Below are positions 27,125 through 41,587 of a DNA stretch of 64,000 bases, piece by piece. Source of the DNA: Eledone cirrhosa (taxonomy: Eukaryota). Positions within the stretch are counted from its first letter, which is position 1. Each line of letters opens with the position of its first letter. The translations under genes and the position numbers were made by a program. The stretch lies in contig OZ024755.1 of assembly GCA_964016885.1 (NCBI GenBank), positions 22,382,001 through 22,446,000 on the forward strand, read 5' to 3'. The notes beneath the pieces were generated by a model. It searched no databases. It worked only from the letters and a program-made list of their open reading frames with translations, and had not been told where the DNA came from.

Positions 27125-27849
27125 GCACACTTTGTTTTTGTATTTATTTTCAAGATTCTTGATTTCAAATCATGTTGTAACAGATATTATCGATCTTGCA
27201 ATTGTCAAAAAATCCTTTCTAGCGTTGGTGCTATGATAAAACATACCTAGTAATCTCTGTAAGGTGGTTGTATGTTAGGAAGGGCATTTAGCCATAGAAA
27301 AACTCTGCCAAAATTGGAATATATAAAAATGATGTGGTCATTGATCCATCTAGGTGGACAGTAATTCCAAATAAAAATAGATTCGGTCTGTGACAACCCA
27401 TCCAATCCATACCAACATGAAAATCATCAATATCATCATTGTTTAACATCTGTTTTCCCTGCTAACAAGGATTGATGATGAATGATATATATCATCATCA
27501 TCATCACCATCATTATCATCACCATCATTATCATTTTATGTCTGTTTCCATGTTGTATAGTTATGTACATATTGGAACAGTTTTTACCAATTGGGTAAAC
27601 TTAGTTTTTTCCTCTCTGAATTCATTTTATGATAACAAGCAATTTATTGATGTAGCATACTTCTGTCAAATTTTAATCTATATCTATTAATCATTGTTTT
27701 GACAATTTTAAACCCCCACCCCAATTCATCAACTGTTTTTACTGCTATTTCATTTGAGATATCGTTTGTGTTCACATCCCTTACCTTCTTCATCTGCTTC
27801 TTCATTGATACTTAATTTCAATGAAATGATTGTTACTTAAGTTTTTTAT

Positions 27850-29100
27850 TTAATGTGATGCCAATAATTCATTAACATTTACCAAATAAACATTCTTGAA
27901 GTCAAGAACTCTTCCATTAATAGCAACTATCATCAATGACTTCGTTTACTGGATGTTTGAAGTCACTAAAACCATTAGCACATTCAGCTGAAAGAATCAA
28001 CCAATCTCCTCTCATACAGTTTGCTGTCACTCTTTATGACTTGGAAATATTTTAAAATGCATTGCTTGTTTAATTTTTTTCCAAAATTCTTGAAGATTAA
28101 TAGCCTCTTCTTGCTGTAATTTTAATTGCCTGTGAGAAAGTTCTTCAAAATACATTAAACCTTCAATGTAGCTATTGCTCCCTTGTCCATGGGCTGTAGC
28201 AATGATGTCATGTTTGGTAATAAAACTACTACCTGAATATTAGTTACAAAAATCATTAAATGAGTTAAGGAGACATTAACAAGAATCAGAAGAACTTTGA
28301 AAGCTAAATTATTTCAACTTACAGACAAACATGTGATGTGACAATCTTCAAACAGGATTTTACTGGCCGATACTTTTATATTTGACTGGAAGATATAACC
28401 TGATGTATTGACGTATCCTATTAAACTGTTAGGTTCATCATTTAATAACTATGTATCTGCTTCAATTTGAAGTCCTCTTCGGAATTCCTTTCAAATAAAA
28501 AGGTTAAGTGATTTTATATATGCTTTGTAACCTGGCTACACTGATACTTTTTTTGCCCAAAATGTTCTTGATGGTATTTTCTCCCAGAATGACTGATTTG
28601 ATTTCCTTTGTGCTGAAGTTTGGTGGTCATAGAAACTATTTTCTAAGAATGTGTTCTTGAATTCAGCCAAATATTTATTGGCAACATCTTCATCTAGGAC
28701 TACTGTCATTTTAAATATATATTTATCCCTGTTCAAATTTTGAAAATTCTTAATAAAACACCTGTTGATATGTTCTATTCCAGTCAACAAAGAAAGTCAA
28801 AGAACTTCGATCTTAATATCAGTGGTACCAACAGGAATTCACTTCTCATTTCAATCCTCCATTCAATGTATTAAGCCAACAGAGATGTTTTGATCTTGTT
28901 AGATTAGATCACTCATTAGTATTCATAATCAACATCACTGCTGTCTCTTCTTTATTTCTCCATATAATTGATCACTTCTAAAGTTTTCCCAACTGATGGG
29001 ATCTGACAAGATCCAATCCTAACTGTATTGTCTATTTTCCAAAAATTTCGATTAGCTGGTATCACTGAAAGTTATCTCCTTTTCTTGCTGTATTCAGTTT
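27850..29100 (-). pseudogene. Possible highly decayed DNA-transposase relic (Sola-like)
   Basis: Minus-strand fragments read ..SNIKSIGQ*N.. (~28355-28385) and HDIIATAHGQGS (~28175-28212), reminiscent of the SD..GQxKN and F.T.HGKG motifs; many stops. Confidence 0.3.
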
Positions 29101-29682
29101 CTTAAACAACCCTAAAATGAGTTATTGTTTTTTAATTGAAAGAATAATCTCATTTAATTTGAGTTAATTGTATCCAATCTCACATCTAGTAAATTCATAG
29201 AACCTTCTTACCATTCCGTTTTTCTACAAATTATGTACGTGCATGTGTGTGTGTTTGTAAAAGTTTCAGAAGATTCTGTATAGGGTGAAAGCAAAAATTC
29301 TTTGCTTAAACTTTAATCTGTACTTATAATAAATATTTGCTTTACGGGTTTATATATACTTATATATATATTTACAATATTTAGATTCTGGTCTTTGTAT
29401 TTATTATTAATATATATATATATATGACTTGGATAATTTGAGTCATTCGTTACGCCACGTGGTATGCTGGGAAACTTAGGATTGCATGGATTCACAACCC
29501 CACAGCTATGATGCGGAGGTATTGATCACAGCATGAGACTGGAGTAGATGGTATTGTAATCGTAAGGGGTAACATGGACGAATGGAACACGTAGATACAT
29601 GTATGTATGTATGTATATTTATATATATATGTGCGTGTGTATGTGTACGTGGATCTATGTAGACTTACACACACACACGCAA

Positions 29683-30482
29683 ACGTTATATTCTACTGAT
29701 ATCCATGCTGATTGCTCTCACCTGCTTCCACTACACTTTGCTTTAGCGACCTGTATGTTCTGTGAACCACACAGATAAATTGCATTTGAACGCCACCTAT
29801 AACACTTGTTGCCATACTGTGATGGATACATGGAATTCCACTATATGATCTCTTTATCTGGCTCCCGCTATATCTGACTCTACCTACATTCACTTTGGTT
29901 GATACTATTCTTAAACTGTCACCTCTGAAATCCTTTACTGTCTACAACCATATTTACTTACATTTATTTGCATTGTTTATATAATGTGTTATCTTTTATG
30001 TTTCATTTTTATTTTTATTTTTATCACCTCCATTTTTTATTCTAATGTTTATTTTTATTTTTATTATTTGTTATTATTTTTTTATATTTCCTTATATTAT
30101 CATCACTTTATTGTTATCTTTATTTTATCCTTACTTCTAGACTCTACCCTTTACGTTTTATCTCTTATCTTTAATTTCCTTATCTTTTATTTTTCCTTAT
30201 CTTTAATTATTTTTCCTGATTTTTCCTTATTTTTAATTATTGTAACTGATTTTGGTCTTATATGTATCGGCTTCTGGCGGTGACGCGTCGTCCAAGCACG
30301 CCACTCTTCTTAGTCCTCTGTGCTACATATGGATCGTTCTTGTGATATAGGTCGCTAGAGTTTATACTATTGATCTAATTCCCCTTTATAACACTCTGAT
30401 GAGTCCTGCAATTATGCAAGGACGAAACACTGTCAGCAAATAAAGATTAATTGATGATGTAAGCGCTCTTTGTTTTTGTTCC
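29683..30482 (+). mobile_element. Hammerhead-bearing Penelope-like pseudo-LTR or non-autonomous element
   Basis: T-rich tract, CpG-retaining segment, hammerhead, AATAAA at ~30439, then (TA)n. The 5' boundary is uncertain. Confidence 0.55.
30393..30437 (+). ncRNA. Minimal type I hammerhead ribozyme
   Basis: CT-CTGATGA-GTCCTGCA-ATTA-TGCA(A)GGAC-GAAA-CACTG-TC/AG: canonical core, 8-bp stem II with one bulge, GUC cleavage triplet, 2-bp stem I. Confidence 0.75.
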
Positions 30483-32144
30483 ATATATATATATTAATTT
30501 ACCCTTACTCTCTTTCCACAGAGTGAGAAAGAAATTGATATTTCTCTGATAGAAAGTGCATACTATTAACTTATATACAAATCTTATGAGTTGGTCTTAT
30601 AAACTACAATAAAGAAAATAACGTAACATTTCTCTCTCTCTCCCTCTCCCCCTCTCTCACACACATTCATGATTTTTCTAGTGCTTAAAAAAAGTGAAGA
30701 GTACCACTTAAGAATCTTTTCCAGTTAAGATATCGTACTTCTCAATTTTTTTTTATTCATGTGCATTAATTTTTCCATTTTCCATTTTAAGATATCTTCA
30801 GATATATTAATTCTATTCTATACACTTACTTCTTGGAGTTGAAATTCTTACTCAATTTAATTCTGTTTATAAATTAGGTGAATTGACTTTATTTGCATTT
30901 AATAACATTATCTTTATACAGAAAATCATATCTAACATTTCCTCTTTTTACTTGGATACAAATTATTTTGATTGAAAACGAAATATTTTTGATTGAAAAC
31001 AATTATATCTAATTAATATCATCTCTACATACAAATCCCACATAGTTGATTACTTCTTCAGTTTGATTAGGAGTTTAATCAAGCTCTTCTTTCATTACTG
31101 GGTATATTAACACAGATTTTGACCAGTATTTTACCAGCTGAAGTTTTCATTGCTGAAAACTATTATCAAAAGATGGTATCTTTTAAATTTTGGTATTGCT
31201 TCTTTTTTCCATTGTTTGATTTTTATATATATACTTTTTTAAATCCTACTGAAGAAACCTAATCTAAAATATAGTTGAAAGAATTAATACATTCATTTTT
31301 AATTAAGTTTCTTTATAAATTGATAGTGTAAGAGATTTAAACTATATTTTTTTAATATACACGAGAGTCTTACATAATGAAAAACTGTTCTCATCAAAGG
31401 GCATTGTTTCTAGATGAAAGTGAAAACACAGTGTGTCCTAAACAAATACTGCGTACAACATATGGATTTGTTAAAAATAATGAAAATTAACATATGAAAG
31501 CTACTTGATAATTAATTCTGAAAAAAACATTAGCTTATTAAATGAGGTAATATGATCGATGGCCTTGTTTTTCTCCATAAGTTATAAAATCTTTTATTTA
31601 TCATATACCATTGCCTACAGCTTTACATGGAAAATTCTTAACATATTCCTACGTAGTTTTTATAATATATTTTATTTATTCAAAGAGTCTTAACTAGATA
31701 GATTCTCATTTTTGGTTTTCTTGAATTCATTATCTTTATTGCTTCACACAGAGAAAACAAACAGATAACAGTTGGGTTTTATAAAGAAAGAAGGTAAATA
31801 CTATATTGGTCCCTACTTAGTCTATAGACTATCAAAGAGAAGGGTCGGATATTATATTGGTCTCTACTATAGACTATCAAAGAGAAGAGGACAAAGTGAA
31901 ACAGTTTCTACTTAGTCTTAGACTATCTAAGAGAAGGAGATATGACTGTGATATTTTCATAGTAAAATAAATGGGAAAATGTAGTGAAAGACTTAATTTT
32001 GTTTAATATGTTGAAGCAATATGTCCATCATAGTCAAACAGTTTCTACTTTAGTCCCATTAAAGAAAAGTGAACTAATATCTTATAAATTCTGAAGTTAT
32101 GTTGCAACCATAGAAATACCAATAAGACTCAAATCTTGAAATCT

Positions 32145-32322
32145 TCATCATCATCACAAACATCACAATCATCACCATTATCATCATCATCACCATTATT
32201 ATCATAATCATCATCATCATCGTCATCACGGTCATCGTTAATAACATTACAATCATCATCACAATCATCATCAACATCAATACAATCATCACAGTCATCA
32301 CCATCATCATCATCATCATCAT
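32145..32322. repeat. Imperfect (CAT)n microsatellite
   Basis: Directly visible. Confidence 0.9.
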
Positions 32323-32571
32323 CTGTCTGTTTCTTTCCTTGCTGGCATCAAGTTGATATTTACAGTTATCAATAAGGAATATGATATGCCAACCACTGAT
32401 ACAGACATTCTGTGTTATTTGTTATTATATAATAAATTCTCAGTCTAGTTTTGATTTTGGTTGCTGGAATTACTTCATAAGTATCACTTTTTCATTCTTT
32501 TATTCCTTAACTCAAGGTCTTCAAATCAAATAGAAATTTGCTTCATTATATATATATTTTATTTTTATAAT

Positions 32572-32757
32572 GGCAGTGGATTGGCAGTATCGGTAGAGGG
32601 TCGGACGCCATGCTTTGATGCATAGAGTTATGGCCCTTGCCATTCTGAGTTCAAATCCTGCCGAGGTTAACTTTGCCTTTCATCCTTACGGGGTCGATAA
32701 AATAAAGTACCAGTAATGCACTGGGTAATTGCTGGCCTTGTGCTAAAAAGTAGAAAA
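32572..32757 (+). mobile_element. Full-length family-A SINE
   Basis: ggcagtggattggcagtatcggtagagggtcggacgcc...gagttcaaatcc...gctggccttgtgc. Confidence 0.9.
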
Positions 32758-34529
32758 AAATTATATATTTTTTTTTAATTTAACAGAGCTACAAAAATTT
32801 AAACTAATTAAAACTCCTCATCACTCATACTAATCACAACACTTGAAAATTACAAACGTTTTGGAACTTTTTCCTATCTAAAGTTTGCATTCAGTTAGAA
32901 ATCTGCAATTAATATAGCTAACAAATGGTAGCTCTGTCTGGTTATCTTTAGCAGTCTAACAGTTTGTACAAAAGATGTTGAGTATTGCCCTACCATTCTC
33001 TAACTCTTCTTTTTCTTCTTCTTCATCCATTAATTCCTGAGAGGGTAATTGGAGCAGAGTCCTCAATCTCCTTCTGGTGGGTCCTGTCAGATGCAACCAT
33101 CTCCAACTGATCTGACTGGATCCTCAAGCATGACACCCAGTACACCTTGTCAGGTGGTTGGTATTAGGAAAGGTATTCACCAGTAGAAAATATGCCAAAT
33201 ATGAAAAATAATAGGCAAAAAGGAAGTCACTGTAACCTGGCTGGTCACAGACTGTGACAACCTGTCCGATTCATGCCAGCATAGAAATCGGATATAAACT
33301 GATGATAATGTGACAGTTGGAAATTTGCTTTTCTTATGTTTTTTTCTGTCCATTTTAAAAGTCATTACCAAACAGGCAAATAATGTACACAGGTTAAGTG
33401 AGACATTCTGACAATGACAATAAAATATGCAAGGTTTTATGTTGTTTTATTTGTATCTCACTATTTCTGTAACAGCTTTTTTAGGATGGGCGTGGGGGGC
33501 TTCTTTTGTTTTATTTTATTATAAAAAAATCTTATCTTTTTTTTTAAATAACTTCCTTTCCTCTTTCCTCCTTAGTTCTTTGTATAAAGCAACCAAATAT
33601 GGACATATTTGAGTTCAAGAATAAATAGGAAGAGTTATTTTATATAACTTTAATAAACACACAATCATATACAGTGTGTATCCAGTTTAGAATAGGTACA
33701 CTTTATCCTATACAGCCCACGCCAGCATAGAAAAGTTAACATAAAAACGAGGGTAATGATGATGGTGATGATACACACACACACACACACACATGCACAC
33801 ACACACATGCACACCTCTTCACCGCTTGTGATTATTTTTCTTTCCATTTTACTTCAGCAGTGGTGTTCTTTCTACTGATTGAGAAATATTTGAATATCTT
33901 GTTGGAAAGAGATGAGGAAAAATGTCAACAAGTTTGCTAGTGCTACTTTAATGACCTTTAAATTAATCATTGCTTTTGAAAACCAAAGCTAAAAAGTTTA
34001 CCAAAACCAGCAAAAAGTAATGTATTAATCAATAAATAGGGAGGAGTATGTAGTGTTATTTTGTTATTCATTAACTAGCAAACACTGTGAATTTCTTGTT
34101 GGATTTACTCACAATCATTTTTCTAAAATAAGGGGTGGAGGGTGAATTCTATTTTTCCAAAGGTGAAAATATGAATTATAAGCTGGTTTAGATTTGACTT
34201 TTGTTAAGCTGCTAAAAGCTTTTTAGAAAGCCTTAAATGCTACCACAATCTCAATTTTTTTTCTTCTTCTATTCCCTTGATGTCAACAAGGTTAATGAGT
34301 AGCTTTTGATTATAAAGGATGAAGCAATTATGCCTGGAATGAATAAATATTTATTCATTATGAACATAATATAGTTTACATATTACCACATGTTGTTACC
34401 CACACTATATTGTTGGTTGTAGAAATGGACCACTAAATGTTCAGATGGATAAAAGTAACAAACATTTTTAAAAAAGCCATTAATGGAGTATTTGGTCATT
34501 ATAGAATTCTTTGTTATTTTTGGTTGTGG

Positions 34530-34945
34530 TATTGTTTAGTCCCAAATCATCTCTGATCAAACTTGTAATTAACCGTTTCATTTGATGGTGGGGGTGGTGA
34601 TGATGATGTTTAGTCCAAAGTCAGCCCTGATCAGACTTACGATTAACCATTTCATTTGGTGGTGATGTTTAGCCCTATCAACCTTGATCAGACTTACAAT
34701 TAACCCTTTCATTTGGTGGTGATGTTTAGCCCTAACTCAACCTTGATTGGGCTTATGATTAACCCTTTCATTTGGTGGGGGTTTTGTTTAGCCCTAAATC
34801 ATCTCTGATCAAACTTGTAATTAACCGTTTCATTTGATGGTGGTGGTGATGTTTAGCCCTATTAGCTTTGATCAGACTTATGATTAACCCTTTCATTTGG
34901 TGGTGGGGGTGTTTAGCCCCCAAGTCAACCCTGATAAGACCCTCT
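34530..34945. repeat. ~57-70-bp degenerate minisatellite, ~7 copies
   Basis: tgtttagccc...tgatcagactta.gattaacc.tttcatttggtggtg repeated. Confidence 0.85.
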
Positions 34946-37153
34946 TTTGACATACTGTTCATTAATGTCTATTAATTTATTGTTGACTGATGTAGCAGTT
35001 TCATCTGTCCAGTTTATTATTTCACATAGAAGATTTCATCAATACTCAGTTGTGGGCACAGGTTATTTTGAAATCACTGAATATTGTCTTGTTTTTTCAT
35101 TCAAAAAGATGGATTTGTTCCAAATGGAAAGAACAAATAGATAATTCCCACAGACGACTTCTCTTTTGTTGGTGACACAATGATATACACCCAGTCCACT
35201 CTGTTAAAGAATGGCACCCAGCCATATAAAAAAAGGCAAGCTAAAAATACCATAACATATACAGTAACAAGGTTAGCCAGTTTTTCTTTGTTACTGTAAA
35301 TATTAGACAATGAGAGACAAAGATGAATGGTGAGACATAGTGAGACTTATCTAACGAGGTTATAGAAACAGGATGATAGAAAAAAAACTGGATTTAAAAC
35401 TGGATGGTGATAATGATACACTAGTTTTATAAATCAATTGTTTGACCTTGTTGTGATCAGTAGTTTCCATTGACCAGTCGATCAATCAGCCTTATTAATT
35501 TCAGTAGTGAGATGATGAAAGTTGTGGTGTTCATACTTCAGTACATTTGTAGTGTAAATGAAATAGTTACAACCATAAATCTAACAGGTTCAATACTGAG
35601 TTATCTTAGAATTTTGTATGATACTAGCATATGTTGTTTATAGAATATATGCTATTGTTATGGCTCACACTAGTTTACATCTCACAGAAGGTTTCTTGAC
35701 TGTTTTTTGTGTGATCGGATCTCCAGTACTCCCATCCCTATTTTCCCAGTGATAAGGGATGGGATATGAACTCTGAACAGATAAAGCAGTGACAAATATT
35801 GCAAGGGATCCTGTCTGTGTTTCTAATTATCTCTCCCTACATACACACAAACCCTGAATTGGTACTTTATTTATTGACCCAGAAAGGGTGAAAGACAAAA
35901 TTGACCCCATCAACATTTGAACTCTGTGTGAAGACCTACTTAGACTTAGAAGCTCCTGCATCCTGAGACGCATGAGGCAGCTAAAGTGCTCCAATGACCA
36001 TGGTCAGTTGCATCTGTCAATACATCGTTCCAACTTTTGTTGACAAGTTTCAGGTCCCTCTCGATTGTCTGCCATCAGTTTATCTTGGGACATCCTTTTT
36101 GCCTCTTTCCATGAGAGTACTTACTAATACAGGACCTGATTAGTATGTCTCTCACTTGCGAGATGTGTGACATTTCCCAACCAGCCAAGTCGATGTTAGC
36201 ACATGATCTCAGGCACACATTGTTAGCGAGGGGTACCAATATAGGACCTGATTAGTATGTACTTCATTTGAGAGTTCTGTGACATGTACCAATCAGCCAA
36301 GTTGATGCTTGTATATGATCTCAGACACAAGTTGTTAGTGGGTTCATTGCAAATAAACAATGCAAGACATTTAATCTGATGATGTATCATCCCTACCAAT
36401 TCACTGGCTATCATAAAATAAACACTCTTCATTCATTTCATATAATGAATATATGCCACTCACCAAGTCTTTATAGTGTACACTATTTAATATACAGTGT
36501 ATATTCAATGGATGTTCACCATTAGTTTAAAGTATGCCTGTCTTATAATTAATGCAGCAGACTAAAAGATAAAGCTCTTGAAAACTGAACCTGTGGTCTG
36601 GTTTAGATTTTACTTTTGTGAAGCTGTTAATAGGTTTTAGAAAAAGTCAGTTATTTTACAATACCAGCTTTTCTCCTTTGAAGTCTGCAAGATTAATGAA
36701 TATCTTTGATCAATAAAGACAGTAATTGTGCCTGGAATAAATAAATATTTATCCCTCATGATTTTAACATACTTTCCAGATGTTGCTATTTCTATATTAT
36801 CTTGTTTCTATTACAATTTAATCTTAGGCTTCTTTGACTTTGCTTTATCTTTTCTACCAATACAATTAACTTTCAATTCTGTTATTTCTAAGTCTAATTC
36901 CAAAGAAAATGTTCACCAAATTACTGATGAAGCACATATTCCAATATTTTCATGGTTCCCTTGAAAATATATTAATTCACATGCCTATTTGTTCTTCACA
37001 AATACTGCTATCTTTCTTTTGCCTAAATTTATAATTTAGTTGAATACAATCTTATTTAGCTTTTCTTGTATGTGATGGTCTGTGACAGTGACATAAGTGG
37101 AAACAGCCTTCTATATATATATTCCGGATGTTTGATGATAATGATGATGGCAA

Positions 37154-40100
37154 TAGCTACGTTAGCTACACCAACTCCACTAGCTACACCAACTCCACTA
37201 GCTACACTAACTCCACTAGCTACACTAACTCCACTAGCTACACTAACTCCACTAGCTACACTAACTCCACTAGCTACACTAACTCCACTAGCTACACTAA
37301 CTCCACTAGCTACACTAACTCCACTAGCTACACCAACTCCACTAGCTACACTAACTCCACTAGCTACACCAACTCCACTAGCTACACTAACTCCACTAGC
37401 TACACCAACTCCACTAGCTACACTAACTCCACTAGCTACACTAACTCCACTAGCTACACCAACTCCACTAGCTATACTAACTCCACTAGCTACACCAACT
37501 CCACTAGCTACACTAACTCCACTAGCTACACCAACTCCACTAGCTACACTAACTCCACTAGCTACACCAACTCCACTAGCTACACTAACTCCACTAGCTA
37601 CACTAACTCCACTAGCTACACCAACTCCACTAGCTACACTAACTCCACTAGCTACACCAACTCCACTAGCTATACTAACTCCACTAGCTACACTAACTCC
37701 ACTAGCTATACTAACTCCACTAGCTACACTAACTCCACTAGCTATACTAACTCCACTATCTACACTAACTCCACTAGCTACACTAACTCCACTAGCTACA
37801 CCAACTCCACTAGCTACACTAACTCCACTAGCTACACCAACTCCACTAGCTACACTAACTCCACTAGCTATACTAACTCCACTAGCTACACCAACTCCAC
37901 TAGCTACACTAACTCCACTAGCTATACTAACTCCACTAGCTACACCAACTCCACTATCTACACTAACTCCACTAGCTACACTAACTCCACTAGCTACACT
38001 AACTCCACTAGCTACACTAACTCCACTAGCTACACTAACTCCACTATCTACACTAACTCCACTAGCTACACTAACTCCACTAGCTACACTAACTCCACTA
38101 GCTACACTAACTCCACTAGCTACACTAACTCCACTAGCTACACTAACTCCACTAGCTACACTAACTCCACTAGCTACACTAACTCCACTAGCTACACTAA
38201 CTCCACTAGCTACACCAACTCCACTATCTACACTAACTCCACTAGCTACACTAACTCCACTAGCTACACTAACTCCACTAGCTACACTAACTCCACTAGC
38301 TACACTAACTCCACTAGCTACACTAACTCCACTAGCTACACTAACTCCACTAGCTACACTAACTCCACTAGCTACACTAACTCCACTAGCTACACTAACT
38401 CCACTAGCTACACTAACTCCACTAGCTACACTAACTCCACTAGCTACACTAACTCCACCAGCTACACTAACTCCACTAGCTACACTAACTCCACTAGCTA
38501 CACTAACTCCACTAGCTACACTAACTCCACTAACTCCACTAGCTACACCAACTCCACTAGCTACACTAACTCCACTAGCTACACTAACTCCACTAGCTAC
38601 ACTAACTCCACTAGCTACACTAACTCCACTAGCTACACCAACTCCACTAGCTACACTAACTCCACTAGCTACACTAACTCCACTAGCTACACTAACTCCA
38701 CTAGCTACACTAACTCCACTAGCTACACTAACTCCACTAGCTACACTAACTCCACTAGCTACACTAACTCCACTAGCTACACTAACTCCACTAGCTACAC
38801 TAACTCCACTAGCTACACTAACTCCACTAGCTACACTAACTCCACTAGCTACACTAACTCCACTAGCTACACTAACTCCACTATCTACACTAACTCCACT
38901 AGCTATACTAACTCCACTAGCTACACTAACTCCACTAGCTACACTAACTCCACTAACTCCACTAGCTACACCAACTCCACTAGCTACACTAACTCCACTA
39001 GCTACACTAACTCCACTAGCTACACTAACTCCACTAGCTACACTAACTCCACTAGCTACACTAACTCCACTAGCTACACTAACTCCACTAGCTACACTAA
39101 CTCCACTAGCTACACTAACTCCACTAGCTACACTAACTCCACTAGCTACACCAACTCCACTAGCTACACCAACTCCACTAGCTACACTAACTCCACTAGC
39201 TACACTAACTCCACTAGCTACACTAACTCCACTAGCTACACTAACTCCACTAGCTACACTAACTCCACTAGCTACACTAACTCCACTAGCTACACTAACT
39301 CCACTAGCTACACTAACTCCACTATCTACACTAACTCCACTAGCTATACTAACTCCACTAGCTACACTAACTCCACTAGCTACACTAACTCCACTAGCTA
39401 CACTAACTCCACTAGCTACACTAACTCCACTATCTACACTAACTCCACTAGCTATACTAACTCCACTAGCTACACTAACTCCACTAGCTACACTAACTCC
39501 ACTAGCTACACCAACTCCACTAGCTACACTAACTCCACTAGCTACACTAACTCCACTAGCTATACTAACTCCACTAGCTACACCAACTCCACTAGCTACA
39601 CTAACTCCACTAGCTACACTAACTCCACTAGCTACACTAACTCCACTAGCTACACTAACTCCACTAGCTACACCAACTCCACTAGCTACACTAACTCCAC
39701 TATCTACACTAACTCCACTAGCTATACTAACTCCACTAGCTACACTAACTCCACTAGCTACACTAACTCCACTAGCTACACTAACTCCACTATCTACACT
39801 AACTCCACTAGCTATACTAACTCCACTAGCTACACTAACTCCACTAGCTACACTAACTCCACTAGCTACACCAACTCCACTAGCTACACTAACTCCACTA
39901 GCTACACTAACTCCACTAGCTATACTAACTCCACTAGCTACACCAACTCCACTAGCTACACTAACTCCACTAGCTACACTAACTCCACTAGCTACACTAA
40001 CTCCACTATCTACACTAACTCCACTAGCTATACTAACTCCACTAGCTACACTAACTCCACTAGCTACACTAACTCCACTAGCTACACTAACTCCACTATC

Positions 40101-41587
40101 TACACTAACTCCACTAGCTATACTAACTCCACTAGCTACACTAACTCCACTAGCTACACTAACTCCACTAGCTACACCAACTCCACTAGCTACACTAACT
40201 CCACTAGCTACACTAACTCCACTAGCTATACTAACTCCACTAGCTACACCAACTCCACTAGCTACACTAACTCCACTAGCTACACTAACTCCACTAGCTA
40301 CACTAACTCCACTATCTACACTAACTCCACTAGCTACACCAACTCCACTAGCTACACTAACTCCACTAGCTACACTAACTCCACTAGCTACACTAACTCC
40401 ACTATCTACACTAACTCCACTAGCTACACCAACTCCACTAGCTACACTAACTCCACTAGCTACACTAACTCCACTAGCTACACTAACTCCACTAGCTACA
40501 CTAACTCCACTAGCTACACTAACTCCACTAGCTATACTAACTCCACTAGCTACACCAACTCCACTAGCTACACTAACTCCACTAGCTACACTAACTCCAC
40601 TAGCTACACTAACTCCACTAGCTACACTAACTCCACTAGCTACACCAACTCCACTAGCTACACTAACTCCACTAGCTACACTAACTCCACTAGCTACACT
40701 AACTCCACTAGCTATACTAACTCCACTAGCTACACCAACTCCACTAGCTACACTAACTCCACTAGCTACACTAACTCCACTAGCTACACTAACTCCACTA
40801 TCTACACTAACTCCACTAGCTACACCAACTCCACTAGCTACACTAACTCCACTAGCTACACTAACTCCACTAGCTACACTAACTCCACTAGCTACACTAA
40901 CTCCACTAGCTACACTAACTCCACTAGCTATACTAACTCCACTAGCTACACCAACTCCACTAGCTACACTAACTCCACTAGCTACACTAACTCCACTAGC
41001 TACACTAACTCCACTAGCTACACTAACTCCACTAGCTACACTAACTCCACTATCTACACTAACTCCACTAGCTATACTAACTCCACTAGCTACACTAACT
41101 CCACTAGCTACACTAACTCCACTAGCTACACTAACTCCACTAGCTACACTAACTCCACTAGCTACACTAACTCCACTATCTACACTAACTCCACTAGCTA
41201 CACTAACTCCACTAGCTACACTAACTCCACTAGCTACACTAACTCCACTAGCTACACCAACTCCACTAGCTACACTAACTCCACTAGCTACACTAACTCC
41301 ACTAGCTACACTAACTCCACTATCTACACTAACTCCACTAGCTATACTAACTCCACTAGCTACACTAACTCCACTAGCTACACTAACTCCACTAGCTACA
41401 CCAACTCCACTAGCTATACTAACTCCACTAGCTACACTAACTCCACTAGCTATACTAACTCCACTAGCTACACTAACTCCACTAGCTACACCAACTCCAC
41501 TAGCTATACTAACTCCACTAGCTACACTAACTCCACTAGCTACACTAACTCCACTAGCTACACTAACTCCACTAGCTACACTAGCTA
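37154..41587. repeat. 18-bp satellite (TAGCTACACTAACTCCAC)n, ~245 copies
   Basis: Near-perfect tandem array with few variant positions and two 9-bp deletions (~38530, ~38950). Confidence 0.98.

Noticed and set aside
37154-41587. Telomeric or interstitial telomere repeat
   Set aside because: The minus-strand unit has TTAG but no TTAGGG.
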